64,000 nt of DNA, from positions 384,383 through 448,382 of the forward strand of contig OZ025727.1 of the NCBI GenBank assembly GCA_964019335.1, read 5' to 3'. This document shows, piece after piece, positions 11,527 to 23,100 of the stretch (positions within the stretch are counted from its first letter, which is position 1; each line of letters opens with the position of its first letter). This stretch comes from Diplonema japonicum (lineage: Eukaryota; Protista; Euglenozoa: Diplonemea). Below the pieces are notes generated by a model. The model saw only the letters and a list, made by a program, of their open reading frames with translations. It was not told the origin of the DNA and did no database searches. The position numbers were made by a program, and so were the translations under genes.

Positions 11527-12432
11527 ATGAAAGCCGTGCACAAGATAGGCGTGGCCCAGTTGAAGGTAGGCCCATGCAAGGCAGCGAACCTTGAAATAGT
11601 GGAAAGGCTTGCTGCGGAAGCGAAGGGGAAAGGGTGCGAGATGCTGTTTCTGCCGGAGAACGCGGATTTTATAGGACAGGGCAAGGAAGAGACGTTTGCT
11701 CTAAGTGAGAAGATGGACGGGGAGACGGTGGGGACTTTCAAGAACATCGCGAAGAAGCACAACTTATGGATTAATGTGGGTAGCTTCCACGAGGTTTTGG
11801 AGGACGACACCAAGATTGGCAACACACAGCTCATGCTGAACGCCGAGGGAGATGTGCTAGAGCTCTACAGAAAAGCACACCTCTTCGATGTCGATGTACC
11901 TGGTGGGAGGAGCTACAGGGAGTCTGCTTCTACAGTCGGTGGTAGCTCGTACAAGACAGCCGACACCCCTGTCGGCAGAGTGGGAATGACTACCTGTTAT
12001 GACCTTAGGTTTCCTTACATGTACAGTGAGCTGGCCTTTCGTGCCCACAGCGACATCATCACAGTCCCTTCTGCCTTCATGGTGCCTACCGGGAAGGTTC
12101 ACTGGGAAGTCCTCCTCCGTGCACGTGCCATCGAAACGCAGACTTTCATCATTGCGGCTGCACAGGCGGGAGCCCATAACCCCACCCGCTCCTCCTATGG
12201 CCACTCTCTCGTTGTTGACCCCTGGGGGACCGTACTGCTCGATATGGGTGACGAAGAAAACACGCTCGGCGTGGCGATCCTCGACTTCTCCACGCTCCAC
12301 AACACACGCGAACGTCTTCCTGTCGCGCAGCACATCAAGCCGCTCACATGGCCTAGTGGTGCGCCTCCTCCTCTTCCTGGGTCCCACACCGAGATAAAAC
12401 AGCGTGAAGTGCAAAACCCCGAGGTTCTGTAG
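11527..12432 (+). CDS. NIT1: Nitrilase-superfamily Nit1-like (deaminated glutathione amidase)
   Basis: Catalytic E-K-C triad in FLPE, YRKAHLFD, CYDLRF; HWEVLLRARAIETQ; SYGHS; ATG at 11527. Confidence 0.88.
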   Translation: MKAVHKIGVAQLKVGPCKAANLEIVERLAAEAKGKGCEMLFLPENADFIGQGKEETFALSEKMDGETVGTFKNIAKKHNLWINVGSFHEVLEDDTKIGNTQLMLNAEGDVLELYRKAHLFDVDVPGGRSYRESASTVGGSSYKTADTPVGRVGMTTCYDLRFPYMYSELAFRAHSDIITVPSAFMVPTGKVHWEVLLRARAIETQTFIIAAAQAGAHNPTRSSYGHSLVVDPWGTVLLDMGDEENTLGVAILDFSTLHNTRERLPVAQHIKPLTWPSGAPPPLPGSHTEIKQREVQNPEVL

Positions 12433-12477
12433 TATTTTTGTTATTCAGCCTTCTAGCGATAATAACTATAACAGGCC

Positions 12478-15400
12478 ATGAAGCGCGTGATGCTGCTGTT
12501 TGCAGTGTGCACAGTCACATCTCATGCAATGGCAATACTCAGCTTCTTAGACCTGTCAGGCACAGCGACGAATCTTGACCTGCATGACGCAAGTTTCACT
12601 TTGTATGTGTCCATGGGTACGAGAGGGTTCTCTATGATAGATGCGACTCTCCCCAGCTTCATGGTGGAGATAGCACGGAGCACGGTGCCGCAAGGGGGAG
12701 CCACATATTCTACAAAGCAGTTGAACTCAAAGTTGGCCATCTCGACAGAAGGGGATGCAGGGGTGTATGTGTGGGACATACGGCAACCCGGAACAGTGAC
12801 GGCTCAAGGGTTCTTTGATGTCGGGACTGTGTCTCCAGTGAAGTATCAGGCGATCTGTTCTTCTGTCATTTATTCTGTGACAGAAGGTGGGGTCCTTTAC
12901 ATCTTTGATGTTGCCGGGAATTCAATGAACGTATTCACTGCAGGTCCAGTGGCTGGAACGCCTGTTGGTGATTCTGTGAAGGCAATCGCCTGCCACGGGA
13001 CCACGCTCCACGTCGTGGTGGATACACGTGTTGATATTTATGACGTGTCTGCCCCCCTGAGTATAACAAAGACACAATCAATAGACCTCATCTGCATTGG
13101 GGTCAGCATCGCCTTGCACCTTAGCTACGCATTCGTAGCATGCTCCGCTTCAGTCATTGTTGCTCAAATTGGTACCGCCCGTAAGACTACGTTGGCGCTC
13201 TCACCTGCCATCAACAGTGTCACTGTGTCAGATAACATGCTATTTGTGTCTTCCTCCAATGGGTTGGGGGTCTATGACGTTCTCGTGCCAGGGCAGCCCA
13301 AGAAGATAGTGCAGCTGAACAACCTGGGGAATGTGCTCAAGACCGTTGTAGACCCCTTCAGCGTTTTTGTTCTGTCGACATCGAAGCTCTATGCCTTGAC
13401 TGCTCCGCCCCCTTTGACATCTGCACCGTCGACCCCAGTACCTCCGACACCAGCACCTCCCACACGTGCGCCAACATTGAGTCCATTAACACCCGCACCC
13501 CCAACGGTGAGCCCGTTGACAGCTGCGCCCCCAACGGGGAGCCCATCGACACTTGCACCTCCAACACCCGTACCTCAAACACAGAGTCCTTCAACATCAA
13601 CGCCTCCAACAGTGAGTCCTTCAACACCTGCACCCCCAACACTGAACCCATCGACAATTGCACCTCAAACACCGAGTCCATTAACATTCGCACCCCCAAC
13701 TCTGAGTCCGTCGACACCTGCACCTCAAACACCTAGCCCTTCAACACCTGCACCCCCAACACTGAGTCCAGCGACAGTGAGTCCTTCAACACCTGCACCC
13801 CCAACAATGAGTCCAGCGACAGTGAGTCCTTCAACACCGGCACCCCCAACCCTGAGTCCGTTGACACTCGTTCCAACAACACCGAGTCCACTATCACTCG
13901 CACCCCCAACACTGAGTCCGGCGACACTTGTTCCAACAGTGAGTCCTTCAACACTCGCGCCTCCAACACTGAGCCCATCGACAATTGCACCCCCAACACA
14001 GAGTCCATTAACACTCGCACCCCCAACACTGAGTCCGCCGACACTTGTTTCAACAGTGAGTCCTTCAACACCTGCACCCCCAACCCTGAGTCCGTTGACA
14101 CTCGTTCCAACAACACCGAGTCCACTATCACTCGCACCCCCAACACTGAGCCCATCAACAATTGCACCTCTAACACCGAGTCCGTCAACACCTGCACCCC
14201 CAACGGTGAGCCCATCGACACATGCACCTCGGACACTGACTCCTTCAACACCTGCCCCAACACTAAACCCATCGACACCTGCACCACCAACTTTGAGTCC
14301 GGTGCAGCTGACTTCAGCGCCTCCCTTGACACCCACGCCCCCTACATCTATATCTCCATCTACAGGACCCACCGCAGTACCACCAACAACTACGCATCCC
14401 TCCTTTTCACCGCTAACTCTAGTACCTCGAACAGTAACGCCTGCCCAGACCCAGATTCCTGCATGGCCAACCTCACCAGCACCGACGGCCCCCTCCAAGT
14501 CGCCTCGAACGATGGTTGGAACGCCAATTCCTTCTTCGTGCGCTCTAAGCGTTGCGGGGGGTGTTCTCAATGTCACGGCGGCCGATGTGCGGCAGGGTAT
14601 CACGCTGTGGCTCGTTCTCATGGGGTGTGCGTGGACAGACGGGGTAAGCATAGGAGCTGGGGTGGACTTTGCAACAGATAGACCAACGGATATACGTGGA
14701 TGGGCAGCGTGCAGCAGGGACAGCTTGTTTGTGGAATCGAGGAAAATAAACAGCACTGTGCTTAAGGTGCGTGTGGGCCCCACTTCAGACTACAAGAACA
14801 AGCACAACGAAGTGATACGGGCCATGGTGAACCAGTCTAGGGTAGCGGGGATGAAAAGCGATGCTGACCTCGTTGTGTTGTGTGTGCAGAAAGAGCGTGC
14901 AGTGTCGGACACGGTGTTAGAGGCCGTGAGGGGAATGGAGGGCACAACGGCTTTCTTCCCGTCGTTGTCATCGGCAACACAAGCAGGGAAGACAAACGCG
15001 TTGCTACACCTCTTGGAATGCCCTATCGAGTTTGACAGCGCCGATTTGTCGTTCACAGAGAACCCTCTCACTCTGAAGTTACACAGCTTCGACTCACCTT
15101 CCCACGCAGGAGCAGCTGTCGGGAACATGCTGCTTGTCAGCGCCTTTATTGTGATACACTACTTCGTTGTGTGGGCTTTGTTTGCGTTCTCAAATAGATC
15201 GTGGCTGCGTGCTGCAGCGAGATGTAGATTTCCGTCCTTTTCTGTTTTCCCAGCTGTTTTTCTTTATCAGCCAACATTAGCTTCTGCGGTTTACTTGCTG
15301 CTTAATGGCGAAATGAAGTCTAAGGCCATCGGCGTGTGCACCATTGCATTGTACAACATCCCGGTGGTGCTTCTTGTTGTCATTGTTACAAGCAACCGCG

Positions 15401-16215
15401 TGTTCTGCGCAGAGTACATGTTCAGCCCCGCCCCCACAACACTGTCTGAGAGGGTTATGATGTGGATCCTAGGGAAGGGTCAGTATGTGTCTGCAAAGGA
15501 CCCGACCTTTGTTGATAGGTACGCTTTGTTGTTTCAAGACTTCTTCCCTGAGAAGAGGAGGTTCCTGCTTGTAGAGTTAGCGTTCATCACCATCTTCGGT
15601 GTCATCGACGGGGTGGAATCGCGGAGCATGCAAAGCTGCAAAACACGAGTTATAATCACACTGATAGCGTATGTGGCCTACACAGGGCTAGTGACGAAGA
15701 AGAGGGCGTATACTGGGCTGCTGAATAACATAGCTTGCATAGGGGCTGCAGTGTGCCAGACGATTGCTGCATTCTTCATTGTGGTACACTTCTGGAGTGC
15801 TGATGAGGCGAGTTTTACATCCAACGGGGCGGTGATAATGTTAATGATAGCCATCATGCTGACGCTGTTTAAGAGTGCAGTCGAGGTCTTTGGGATGTTC
15901 CACAGCATTGAAACAGGCAACAAGCACAAGCAGCCCGAGGACAACGAAGTCGAGATGGTTTCTGCCTCCCCCAGCCAGTCTCAGCATAGTGAGGATCAGC
16001 GGCTGTTCAGCGCTGTTTCGGTTTCTCTCTCCCCCAGTCGCGAGACGGAGTCCTTCAACCTGTCCACTTCTTCCTCATTCCGTCGCCAGCCACAACGCTA
16101 CCTCTCAGTCAACAGCCCTCCCACACGCTCTAACACCATGCCTACTGCACCCAGGCGACGTGCAGCATCCCCCCAAGTTGTCTCTTTAACACCTCTTCAG
16201 AAGCATCTCATTTGA
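12478..16215 (+). CDS. Cell-surface protein: signal peptide, beta-propeller-like head, Pro/Thr/Ser stalk, about 7 TM C-terminal region
   Basis: Hydrophobic N-terminus, LVIVD-like beta repeats, tandem TPAPPTLSPS repeats, several TM segments near the C-terminus. Confidence 0.75.
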   Translation: MKRVMLLFAVCTVTSHAMAILSFLDLSGTATNLDLHDASFTLYVSMGTRGFSMIDATLPSFMVEIARSTVPQGGATYSTKQLNSKLAISTEGDAGVYVWDIRQPGTVTAQGFFDVGTVSPVKYQAICSSVIYSVTEGGVLYIFDVAGNSMNVFTAGPVAGTPVGDSVKAIACHGTTLHVVVDTRVDIYDVSAPLSITKTQSIDLICIGVSIALHLSYAFVACSASVIVAQIGTARKTTLALSPAINSVTVSDNMLFVSSSNGLGVYDVLVPGQPKKIVQLNNLGNVLKTVVDPFSVFVLSTSKLYALTAPPPLTSAPSTPVPPTPAPPTRAPTLSPLTPAPPTVSPLTAAPPTGSPSTLAPPTPVPQTQSPSTSTPPTVSPSTPAPPTLNPSTIAPQTPSPLTFAPPTLSPSTPAPQTPSPSTPAPPTLSPATVSPSTPAPPTMSPATVSPSTPAPPTLSPLTLVPTTPSPLSLAPPTLSPATLVPTVSPSTLAPPTLSPSTIAPPTQSPLTLAPPTLSPPTLVSTVSPSTPAPPTLSPLTLVPTTPSPLSLAPPTLSPSTIAPLTPSPSTPAPPTVSPSTHAPRTLTPSTPAPTLNPSTPAPPTLSPVQLTSAPPLTPTPPTSISPSTGPTAVPPTTTHPSFSPLTLVPRTVTPAQTQIPAWPTSPAPTAPSKSPRTMVGTPIPSSCALSVAGGVLNVTAADVRQGITLWLVLMGCAWTDGVSIGAGVDFATDRPTDIRGWAACSRDSLFVESRKINSTVLKVRVGPTSDYKNKHNEVIRAMVNQSRVAGMKSDADLVVLCVQKERAVSDTVLEAVRGMEGTTAFFPSLSSATQAGKTNALLHLLECPIEFDSADLSFTENPLTLKLHSFDSPSHAGAAVGNMLLVSAFIVIHYFVVWALFAFSNRSWLRAAARCRFPSFSVFPAVFLYQPTLASAVYLLLNGEMKSKAIGVCTIALYNIPVVLLVVIVTSNRVFCAEYMFSPAPTTLSERVMMWILGKGQYVSAKDPTFVDRYALLFQDFFPEKRRFLLVELAFITIFGVIDGVESRSMQSCKTRVIITLIAYVAYTGLVTKKRAYTGLLNNIACIGAAVCQTIAAFFIVVHFWSADEASFTSNGAVIMLMIAIMLTLFKSAVEVFGMFHSIETGNKHKQPEDNEVEMVSASPSQSQHSEDQRLFSAVSVSLSPSRETESFNLSTSSSFRRQPQRYLSVNSPPTRSNTMPTAPRRRAASPQVVSLTPLQKHLI
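13420..14340 (+). repeat. Coding minisatellite, about 30-nt unit (ccttcaacacctgcacccccaacactgagt) encoding a PTS mucin-like stalk
   Basis: Directly visible tandem degenerate units. Confidence 0.9.
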
Positions 16216-16365
16216 CGATATTCTTTACAGAATCTTACGTGAAGTGTTTTCTCGGGGAACTATTTTCTTTTTTCGTTGTTTCCACAACGCTGGGTTTTCA
16301 ATAAGCTCAGTGATACGTCTTTTTTTTTGTTATTTTACCCCCCACGTGACTCAAGCATAGGTAGT

Positions 16366-17370
16366 ATGGAAGTTTCATGGAAGGCAAAGTACGAAGAGCT
16401 GTTGGAGAAGCACGACAAGCAACGCGATTTGCTGAACACGGTTGGGGTAAAGAACAGACGGTTGGTAGAGGAGAACAAGTGCCTGAAGGACGCGTTGTGC
16501 TACATGAGCATCGGGGGGCATGGGGCGAAAGAGAAGTTTGATGCCATGTACGAGTCGGTCGAGCAGCTGAGACAGCATGCGGGATCGTGTGAGTCGTCTG
16601 CGGAGTACACGTCAATGAGGAGCTGTCCTGTAGAACAGAGCTTTGAGGAGATACTCGATGGATTGGCTTCTCGAATGGGCTGTGAGGCAGCGTGCAGCGA
16701 GCTTACTAGCATCGATAATTTATGGGAGGAGACGAATCTCTGTGATTTGGCGAACGCGCTGTGTGAAAGGTCCATCGCTAATCCAGACCTCGCTCACAAG
16801 TATTCCTCGCTTGCTGCATTGCTCTGCAAAGCGGAAGCACCGGAGCAGCGGCTCCACTGCATGCTTGTCGATTGTGTTCTGAAAGAGTTCGAAGTGCAGA
16901 AGCGTGGCCGCCAAGAATGGCGGCTTGGCAACATCAGGCTCGTGGCAGAGTTGTACAAACAAAAGGTTTTTACCGAAAAGATTGTGTTTGACATCTTGTA
17001 TTTTCTGATAAACGGGCCCCCCAACTCACCGAAGTGCTACACACCATGCACTGATGACGTGCTGGTTCTGTGTAGCCTACTGAAGAGCCTTGATGATGTC
17101 AAAGTGCTTAAAAAGACTTTCAGCGCGATATACTCAGAACTTGAGTTGCTTGCGATCAATCTCAGCCACTGCCCGAGGGCGTTGGCAGCCATTCAAGAGG
17201 TGCTGGGCACGCAAAGAAACATTTCCATGCAGGCACAGAGGGCTTCCTTCGAGACGGCATCTTCGCCCAGACCGTTAGACATCAATGAAGAATGGAAGTG
17301 CGGACAATGCAGAAACACCAACTGGGGCTTCCGTTCCGTGTGCGTGAAGTGCGACACCTCAAAACCATAA
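16366..17370 (+). CDS. MIF4G-domain protein with N-terminal coiled coil and C-terminal RanBP2-type zinc finger
   Basis: RLGNIRLVAELYKQKVFTEKIV (MIF4G); WKCGQCRNTNWGFRSVCVKC fits W-x-C-x2-C-x3-N-x6-C-x2-C; ATG at 16366. Confidence 0.8.
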   Translation: MEVSWKAKYEELLEKHDKQRDLLNTVGVKNRRLVEENKCLKDALCYMSIGGHGAKEKFDAMYESVEQLRQHAGSCESSAEYTSMRSCPVEQSFEEILDGLASRMGCEAACSELTSIDNLWEETNLCDLANALCERSIANPDLAHKYSSLAALLCKAEAPEQRLHCMLVDCVLKEFEVQKRGRQEWRLGNIRLVAELYKQKVFTEKIVFDILYFLINGPPNSPKCYTPCTDDVLVLCSLLKSLDDVKVLKKTFSAIYSELELLAINLSHCPRALAAIQEVLGTQRNISMQAQRASFETASSPRPLDINEEWKCGQCRNTNWGFRSVCVKCDTSKP

Positions 17371-17611
17371 CCCGGATTAAGCACCCTTGAAGCGAATCAT
17401 AAATGCATGCTACTTTTCATTTCTATGTAAACCTTTCTCCTATATCGGCAGCACTCCCTGATGTGCTGCGTGCATTTTCTTTTCTCAATACTTGGTTGAG
17501 GTGTGCTGCCTGTCCAGGACGTTGTTGGCTTGCTGGAGACAGCAACTAACCCATGGGCCACAATCGGAGTGGGGCACCCTTTTTCAATGTCTTTCACTTT
17601 CTTTTCTTACA

Positions 17612-17830
17612 AGCCCCCGTTTCACCTGTTGTAGAGGAGCCGCCATAGATTTTGAGCCGACTAGTAGATCAGGCACAGCGATAGGCCTGCGAAACTGCCC
17701 CTGAGGTAACTGGTCATTATGGTCGGTCACCAAAGGAGAAACCGCTGCTGAAAGGGGATATGTGCAGATAGAAGATGAGAACAAGGGGGCGTCTCACACA
17801 GACTTCCTTTAATTCATGTATTCTTTTTTC
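17612..17830 (+). mobile_element. Short SINE-like or 5'-truncated element sharing the 3' end of the LINE at 57812-63970
   Basis: 17733-17825 aligns with few mismatches to 63883-63975 (aaggagaaaccgctgctgaa.ggggata.gtgcag.tag...atgagaacaagggggcgtctcaca.agacttcctttaa.tcat.ta); 5' boundary approximate. Confidence 0.75.
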
Positions 17831-17991
17831 TTTTCATCTTAGCCTCGGTAAATGAACCACGGGAAAGCAAAAATTTAACTTTTTTTTTCTTGTGGTTTTA
17901 AGATTTCTCTCAGTGTGTAGAACGGATTCACAATTCTCCCAAAAAGAAATACCAGGTTCTTTTTTTTTCATTTTTTTTTAACAACTATTTA

Positions 17992-20005
17992 CATAGTGTC
18001 CAGGGTTAACCGATCACCTTCGGGTTTTGAAACCCGACCCGAGCAATTTTAGATTTTCGATCACAGTCGGGTTAATGATCGGTTTTTTTCTAATTTCGGA
18101 TCGGTTTGATCGATCCAAAACCCATATTTCTGGCAAAAAATACCAAGACTGCTCAAATTTTTTTTTTTTCAAAAACCCTATTTTGACGATCCAGCCATTA
18201 AAACCCAAAATAGAGCCTTATTTAAGGCCTTAAATGCAGTTTTGAAAAAACTGGTTTTCAGACCTGTGATTCTCCTGGGTCAGGGAGGTCCAAGTTAAAA
18301 ACAACAGGATTTATGATCGGTTTGATCGATCCAAAACCCATATTTCTGGCAAAAAATACCAAGACCATGCTCAAAAATTCTTTTTTCTAAAAACCCTATT
18401 TTGACGATCTGAGCCCATTCCAGCCATCAAAACCCAAAATAGAGCCTTATTTAAGGCCTTAAATGCAGTTTTGAAAAAACTGGTACTTTTTTATACAACT
18501 GGTGGCCCATGCCAAAAGGAGGAAATTAAGCTCCTACGGCACCAAGGGCACACTTGCTAGCAGGATCGCTGCTGACAAGGCTAAGAACGGTGGGGAGGAC
18601 ACCGATAACGCAAGCCCGGAAGTCAAGAAGCGGGGGCGCGCACCCCTTCACAAACGGTGGCGGTGAAGAACTCAGCGGCTCAGTTGAGGGTGCTAAGCCA
18701 GCCTACACTCCAAGACGCACCTCCCAAAACCGTACCTGCGGAAGATACGCCGGAGCACATCGTTTTCACTAACCTTGTGACCCGAAACCCCGCCATCGAC
18801 AGATTCTTCTCCGTGGTGTCTGTCGAAACTCTTTCGGAACCGTCCAGGGGTCTCTTGCGGGGGGGCACCCATGTAATATGGTGCTCCGTTTGCAAGTCTG
18901 CTATTCCGCCTCACACCAGACGTACGAAGGCAGCTGTTGTTCTTGTACCTGAATCAGGACATCGGTGGTGCTCTGTCTTCGTCTGACAGGCACCACGTTC
19001 TCAGGCACGCCGGGTTGCAAGCAGGGAGGTAAGAAATTGTGCGTTCATCGCTGTGTGCGTGCATTCAGTTCTCTGTGGGTGAACATCCTGCCTCAACGGG
19101 CACGCTTCCGTGTGTCCCATGGAGCTTTTCAAGGCGCCCCCTTACTTTGTTCGTTGCTACTTCCCGTTCAAGTTTCAATGTTTTTCATTATTGACTTTCG
19201 TGCCCAGTTAAAAACCCGCCAAAAACAGGGAGAATGCCGATTTTCGGGAAAATAATCCTTTTCTAAGATGTTTCGATGCAGGCGTTGTGTACCTGGGAGG
19301 TTCGGGAGACGAATAGAAGGGTTATAAGTATGGTTGCATGCTCTCCTCCCGTTCTAATTATTGATTTTTGATTTCGCTCCTATTTAAACAGAAAAAAGAA
19401 GAAAACCCGCCAAAAAAAGCGAAAAACAGCTTTTCGGGAAAATAATCCTTTTCTAAGTCGTTTTGATGCTCCCTGGGGTCGGCTTTGTGTATCTGGGGGG
19501 CCCGGGGGACGAATAAAAGGGTTATTATATGCATGGTTGCGTGCTCTCCTCCCGTTTTAATTATTGACTTTTGATTTCGCTCCCAATTAGGATCCTGCCT
19601 GAAACAGGGAAGCACCAGCTTTTCGGGAAAATAATCCTTTTCTATGTCATTTTGATGCTCCCTGGGGTCGGCTTTGTGTATCTGGGGGGCCCGGGGGATG
19701 AAACGAAGGGTTTTAAGCATGATTGCATGCTCTCCTCCTTTTAATTTTTGATTTTCGATTTTTTTTGTTTTTTCGCTTTTAATTAAAAACCCGTCAAAAA
19801 AAGCGAAAAAACAGCTTTTCGAGAAAATAATCCTTTTCTAAGTCGTTTTGATGCTCCCTGGGGCCGGCTTTGTGTATCTGGGGGGCCCGGGATACGAATA
19901 TAAGGGTTTTAAGCATGGTTGCATGCTCGCCTTTCATTTGACGTCAATTTAAAACCCGATTGTAATTAAAAACCCGCGGGTGATCGGTTAACCCTGGATA
20001 CTATG
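17992..20005 (+). mobile_element. Non-autonomous hAT-like DNA transposon, copy 1
   Basis: 27-bp TIR CATAGT(G/A)TCCAGGGTTAACCGATCACC at both ends (1 mismatch); flanking TATTTA 6-bp direct repeat; subterminal ~190-bp repeats; BED-finger-like remnant HVIWCSVCK in ORF 18657-18986. Confidence 0.85.
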
Positions 20006-20176
20006 TATTTATTCTTTTTGCTTAAGGAAAACAGTGGGTTAACATATTAGTTAACCGGTTCAAATGAAATCAGCTTGCACAATCAAGTAAGTTCTCTCTT
20101 CATTCCATCCTATTATTTGTCTCACAGCACACCCAAACACAGGAGGAAGGCGCATACATGCTCAGCAGGGTGACCG

Positions 20177-23100
20177 ATGCAAGGAGGTGATACGATACGA
20201 ACAGATGCGCCTGCCGCGCTCGGCGGGATGGGAGGTGGCTCGTTTAACGTGGTGGATGCAGGGGACGACGAGGTACCTGTCTATGAGGTAGGGCTGCAGT
20301 GCTTGTGGCGCAGCAATGCAGCGTACTTAAAGGCGGTATTCTGGTCAGAGGAGCAGACATGGCTGGTGGACATGCTAGAGGGACACTGCGTAGGGATCGA
20401 GGGCACCGTGAAGGAGGAGGCTTGTCTGCTGGGGGAAGGCGAGATACAAGAAACAAAATACATCACAGGCAACAACCTCGTTCGCCGACACGACAGAGCC
20501 GTTTCCATCATCTCTGACGACGAGACCATTACAGTGAACCTCCCTAACATCACGGAGGCGACTAGATTCTACGAGTGTTGCAAGATCGCACTTTCCGACG
20601 AGCTTGTCTGGGCACCCTTGCTGGCATTGCCCGAGCCCAACCCTGCGGTGCTCATGGCAAAGCTATCGGGGTTTTTCAAAGAGGCCCCTCTACGGCGGTC
20701 TAGTAAGAAGATCGACCTTTCTGGTGAGTGCAATATCACAACCTCACGTGACCCCACCGCCATGCAGTCTTTGTGGGTGGGGAACCTCGACCTCAATTAC
20801 TCTGTTCTCCCGGTCAGGGCCGACCTCTCCCGATGGCTACCCAGAGGCAAGGACCTCTACGTCATAGGGCTCCTTGGCATCTCTGACGCTCTGTATGAAG
20901 AAAGGATGCGCCTTACCAACCAGATCTGGCGACATGTCGGCAAGCGGGGCTACCACAATCTAATGACGGTTGACAACATGGAGCTCACTGTGATGGTGCT
21001 TGCAAGGCACAGCGTGAGCAAAAGGGTCCACTCGCTCAAAACAATGAAACACTGCGAAACGCGCCCCTCGCAGGAGGAGGAGGATGCTGTATCTCCTTTA
21101 GTTTGTGTACAACTCAATTTCGACGAGACATTAATGTGCTTCGCGTGTACTAAGGTGTTGTTGCTAAAATCCGACCTTGGGTGGGAAGCAGCAGGAATAC
21201 GCAGCAGAGTGCTCACTTCCATCATGTCAGCCATCGACCTTGAGGGCCGCCCGGGGTGCGCGTTTGACCCTTCATCGAGGTTTGATCATTTCTTCGTCTT
21301 CGGGGGTCTCGGGGATGAGATTTTTGTAGAGGTCCAGAAAGGCAATGCTTTGCAAGGATTCATAGAAGGTGACCTGGTCCTCCCCAAAGGCGGCTCCCTG
21401 TCGCAGAGGATCTTCTACTCTTCATTGCCGTGCTTCGATCTCACGCCCGAGACCTATGATGCAAGTGTTCCGTGGGGCACCATTGAAGAAGGGAGACATG
21501 CGGTCGGTGCCTTCTTCGATTTACCAGTGCAGCTCCCCTACATTGAAGCACTTTCCACACCTTCTGCGCTGCATTCATTTGAGGTTTCTGCGCAGCTGAA
21601 ATTAGAAGAGATCGACTCATCTGTGCCATTGAACAACGTTGCTTGCACGCTGTGCACGGAATGCGCTTCGAAGGAGGACAACCAACACGTTGTAGAATCT
21701 ATGACCATAGGGACGAATGCCCTGCCCACGTGTACCTTTGAGCCCATTCAACTCCACACCAATTCACAAGCGTATCTCTCGCAGCAGTGTTTGTACATCA
21801 CTGCGTCCATCGAGGGCCACAGCCTCGGGTCAGGCGCCATCGCCATTCACGACATATTCAAATCGATGTGGTCTGGGACAGGCGTGGAGTATGTGCAAGT
21901 GTCAGACTCGGTGAAGAAGACAACGCCAGTGCCCCTCACTGTCGCCCTGCATAGCGATTGCAAGGCTTCAGGTGCCACTGTCCTCTGCAACGTGAGTGTC
22001 TTCACCGACGCTGCACCTTTGATTCACGCGTCAGAGGAAAAGCAAGAGCGAGACGAGGTGACTCGACAAGAGATGATTGGGTACACGCACTCTAGCAGGG
22101 ACGAAATTCTGCAAGAGCAGGCTTCAGCCTTCGACGAGTTCTTGGAGTTAAAAAGGTTCATAGATTCAGAAAAAGAAGCCCGCTGCTACCTTCAGCAGTT
22201 CGAAGCTCTTGGCAGGGAACACTACAAAATACACCTCAGCACCGTCAATGAGGAAGTAGCTGCTTACGGTGGCATTGAGGAGTACATCGAGTACTTCGTG
22301 GTGTTGGATCAAATCACGCAGACGATATCAGGCAAAATGACAGAAGAGGCAGAGGAGCTCATGACTGTATGTGAGGAAGAAGAAGAAGTAACATGGGGTA
22401 TCCTGCTGCGCCATCACCAGTGGGAACTGGGCATGCATGCGGAAAGAGTAAGCCAGGTTTGCGAGGAGACAGAAGCACGGGCAAACATCGATATTGAGTT
22501 AGAGGAAGATGTCGCCCTACTTCTCGGGCTGAAGCAGTTGTCGCATAATGAAGTGCTGGCTAGGCACTTTATTGCAGAGCAGCTCGCCACTGAGTACATG
22601 CAGCTTGAGGTGGTTTTCAGCGAGGCAACTGCGAGGGACCAGGTGGTGGCACGGTATTATGAAGTGTTCGTTGCTATGTTTGAGTACGAAGCGCTTGCCG
22701 TGGTGCAATTCACACGGTCACACGAGGCATTGTATTACCAGGCGCTGCAGCAGCGCTCGTGGCTGGGCGTGACCGAAACAACAGAGCGGTTGCATACAGT
22801 TATTCTCCCGTCGCAAATCTCGGCTCTTGAAGTGGAAGAAGTCATGGCACGAGAAAGCTCTACACAACAGGAGGCAATCGAGCACAACCACACAGCAGGT
22901 GCTATGCACATTTCTGGGAAAGAGCACCTAGTGTACTGCAACACGTTTGATGATCTTCGCGTCAGCATTGAGGCAGTCTTCGAATCAGCATTCCGGCAGC
23001 TGGTGCTGAACGAAGGCGTGCACAGGGAGGACATGCTTGTAGAGCACCATGACGAGGTTGGGCTGCATGCTGTCCTGCACGAAGAGCTATCGCGCAGATA

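Noticed and set aside
17500-17580. HDV-like ribozyme (GAGA-tetraloop hairpin followed by CTAA)
   Set aside because: Could not find matching P1/P2 pairings
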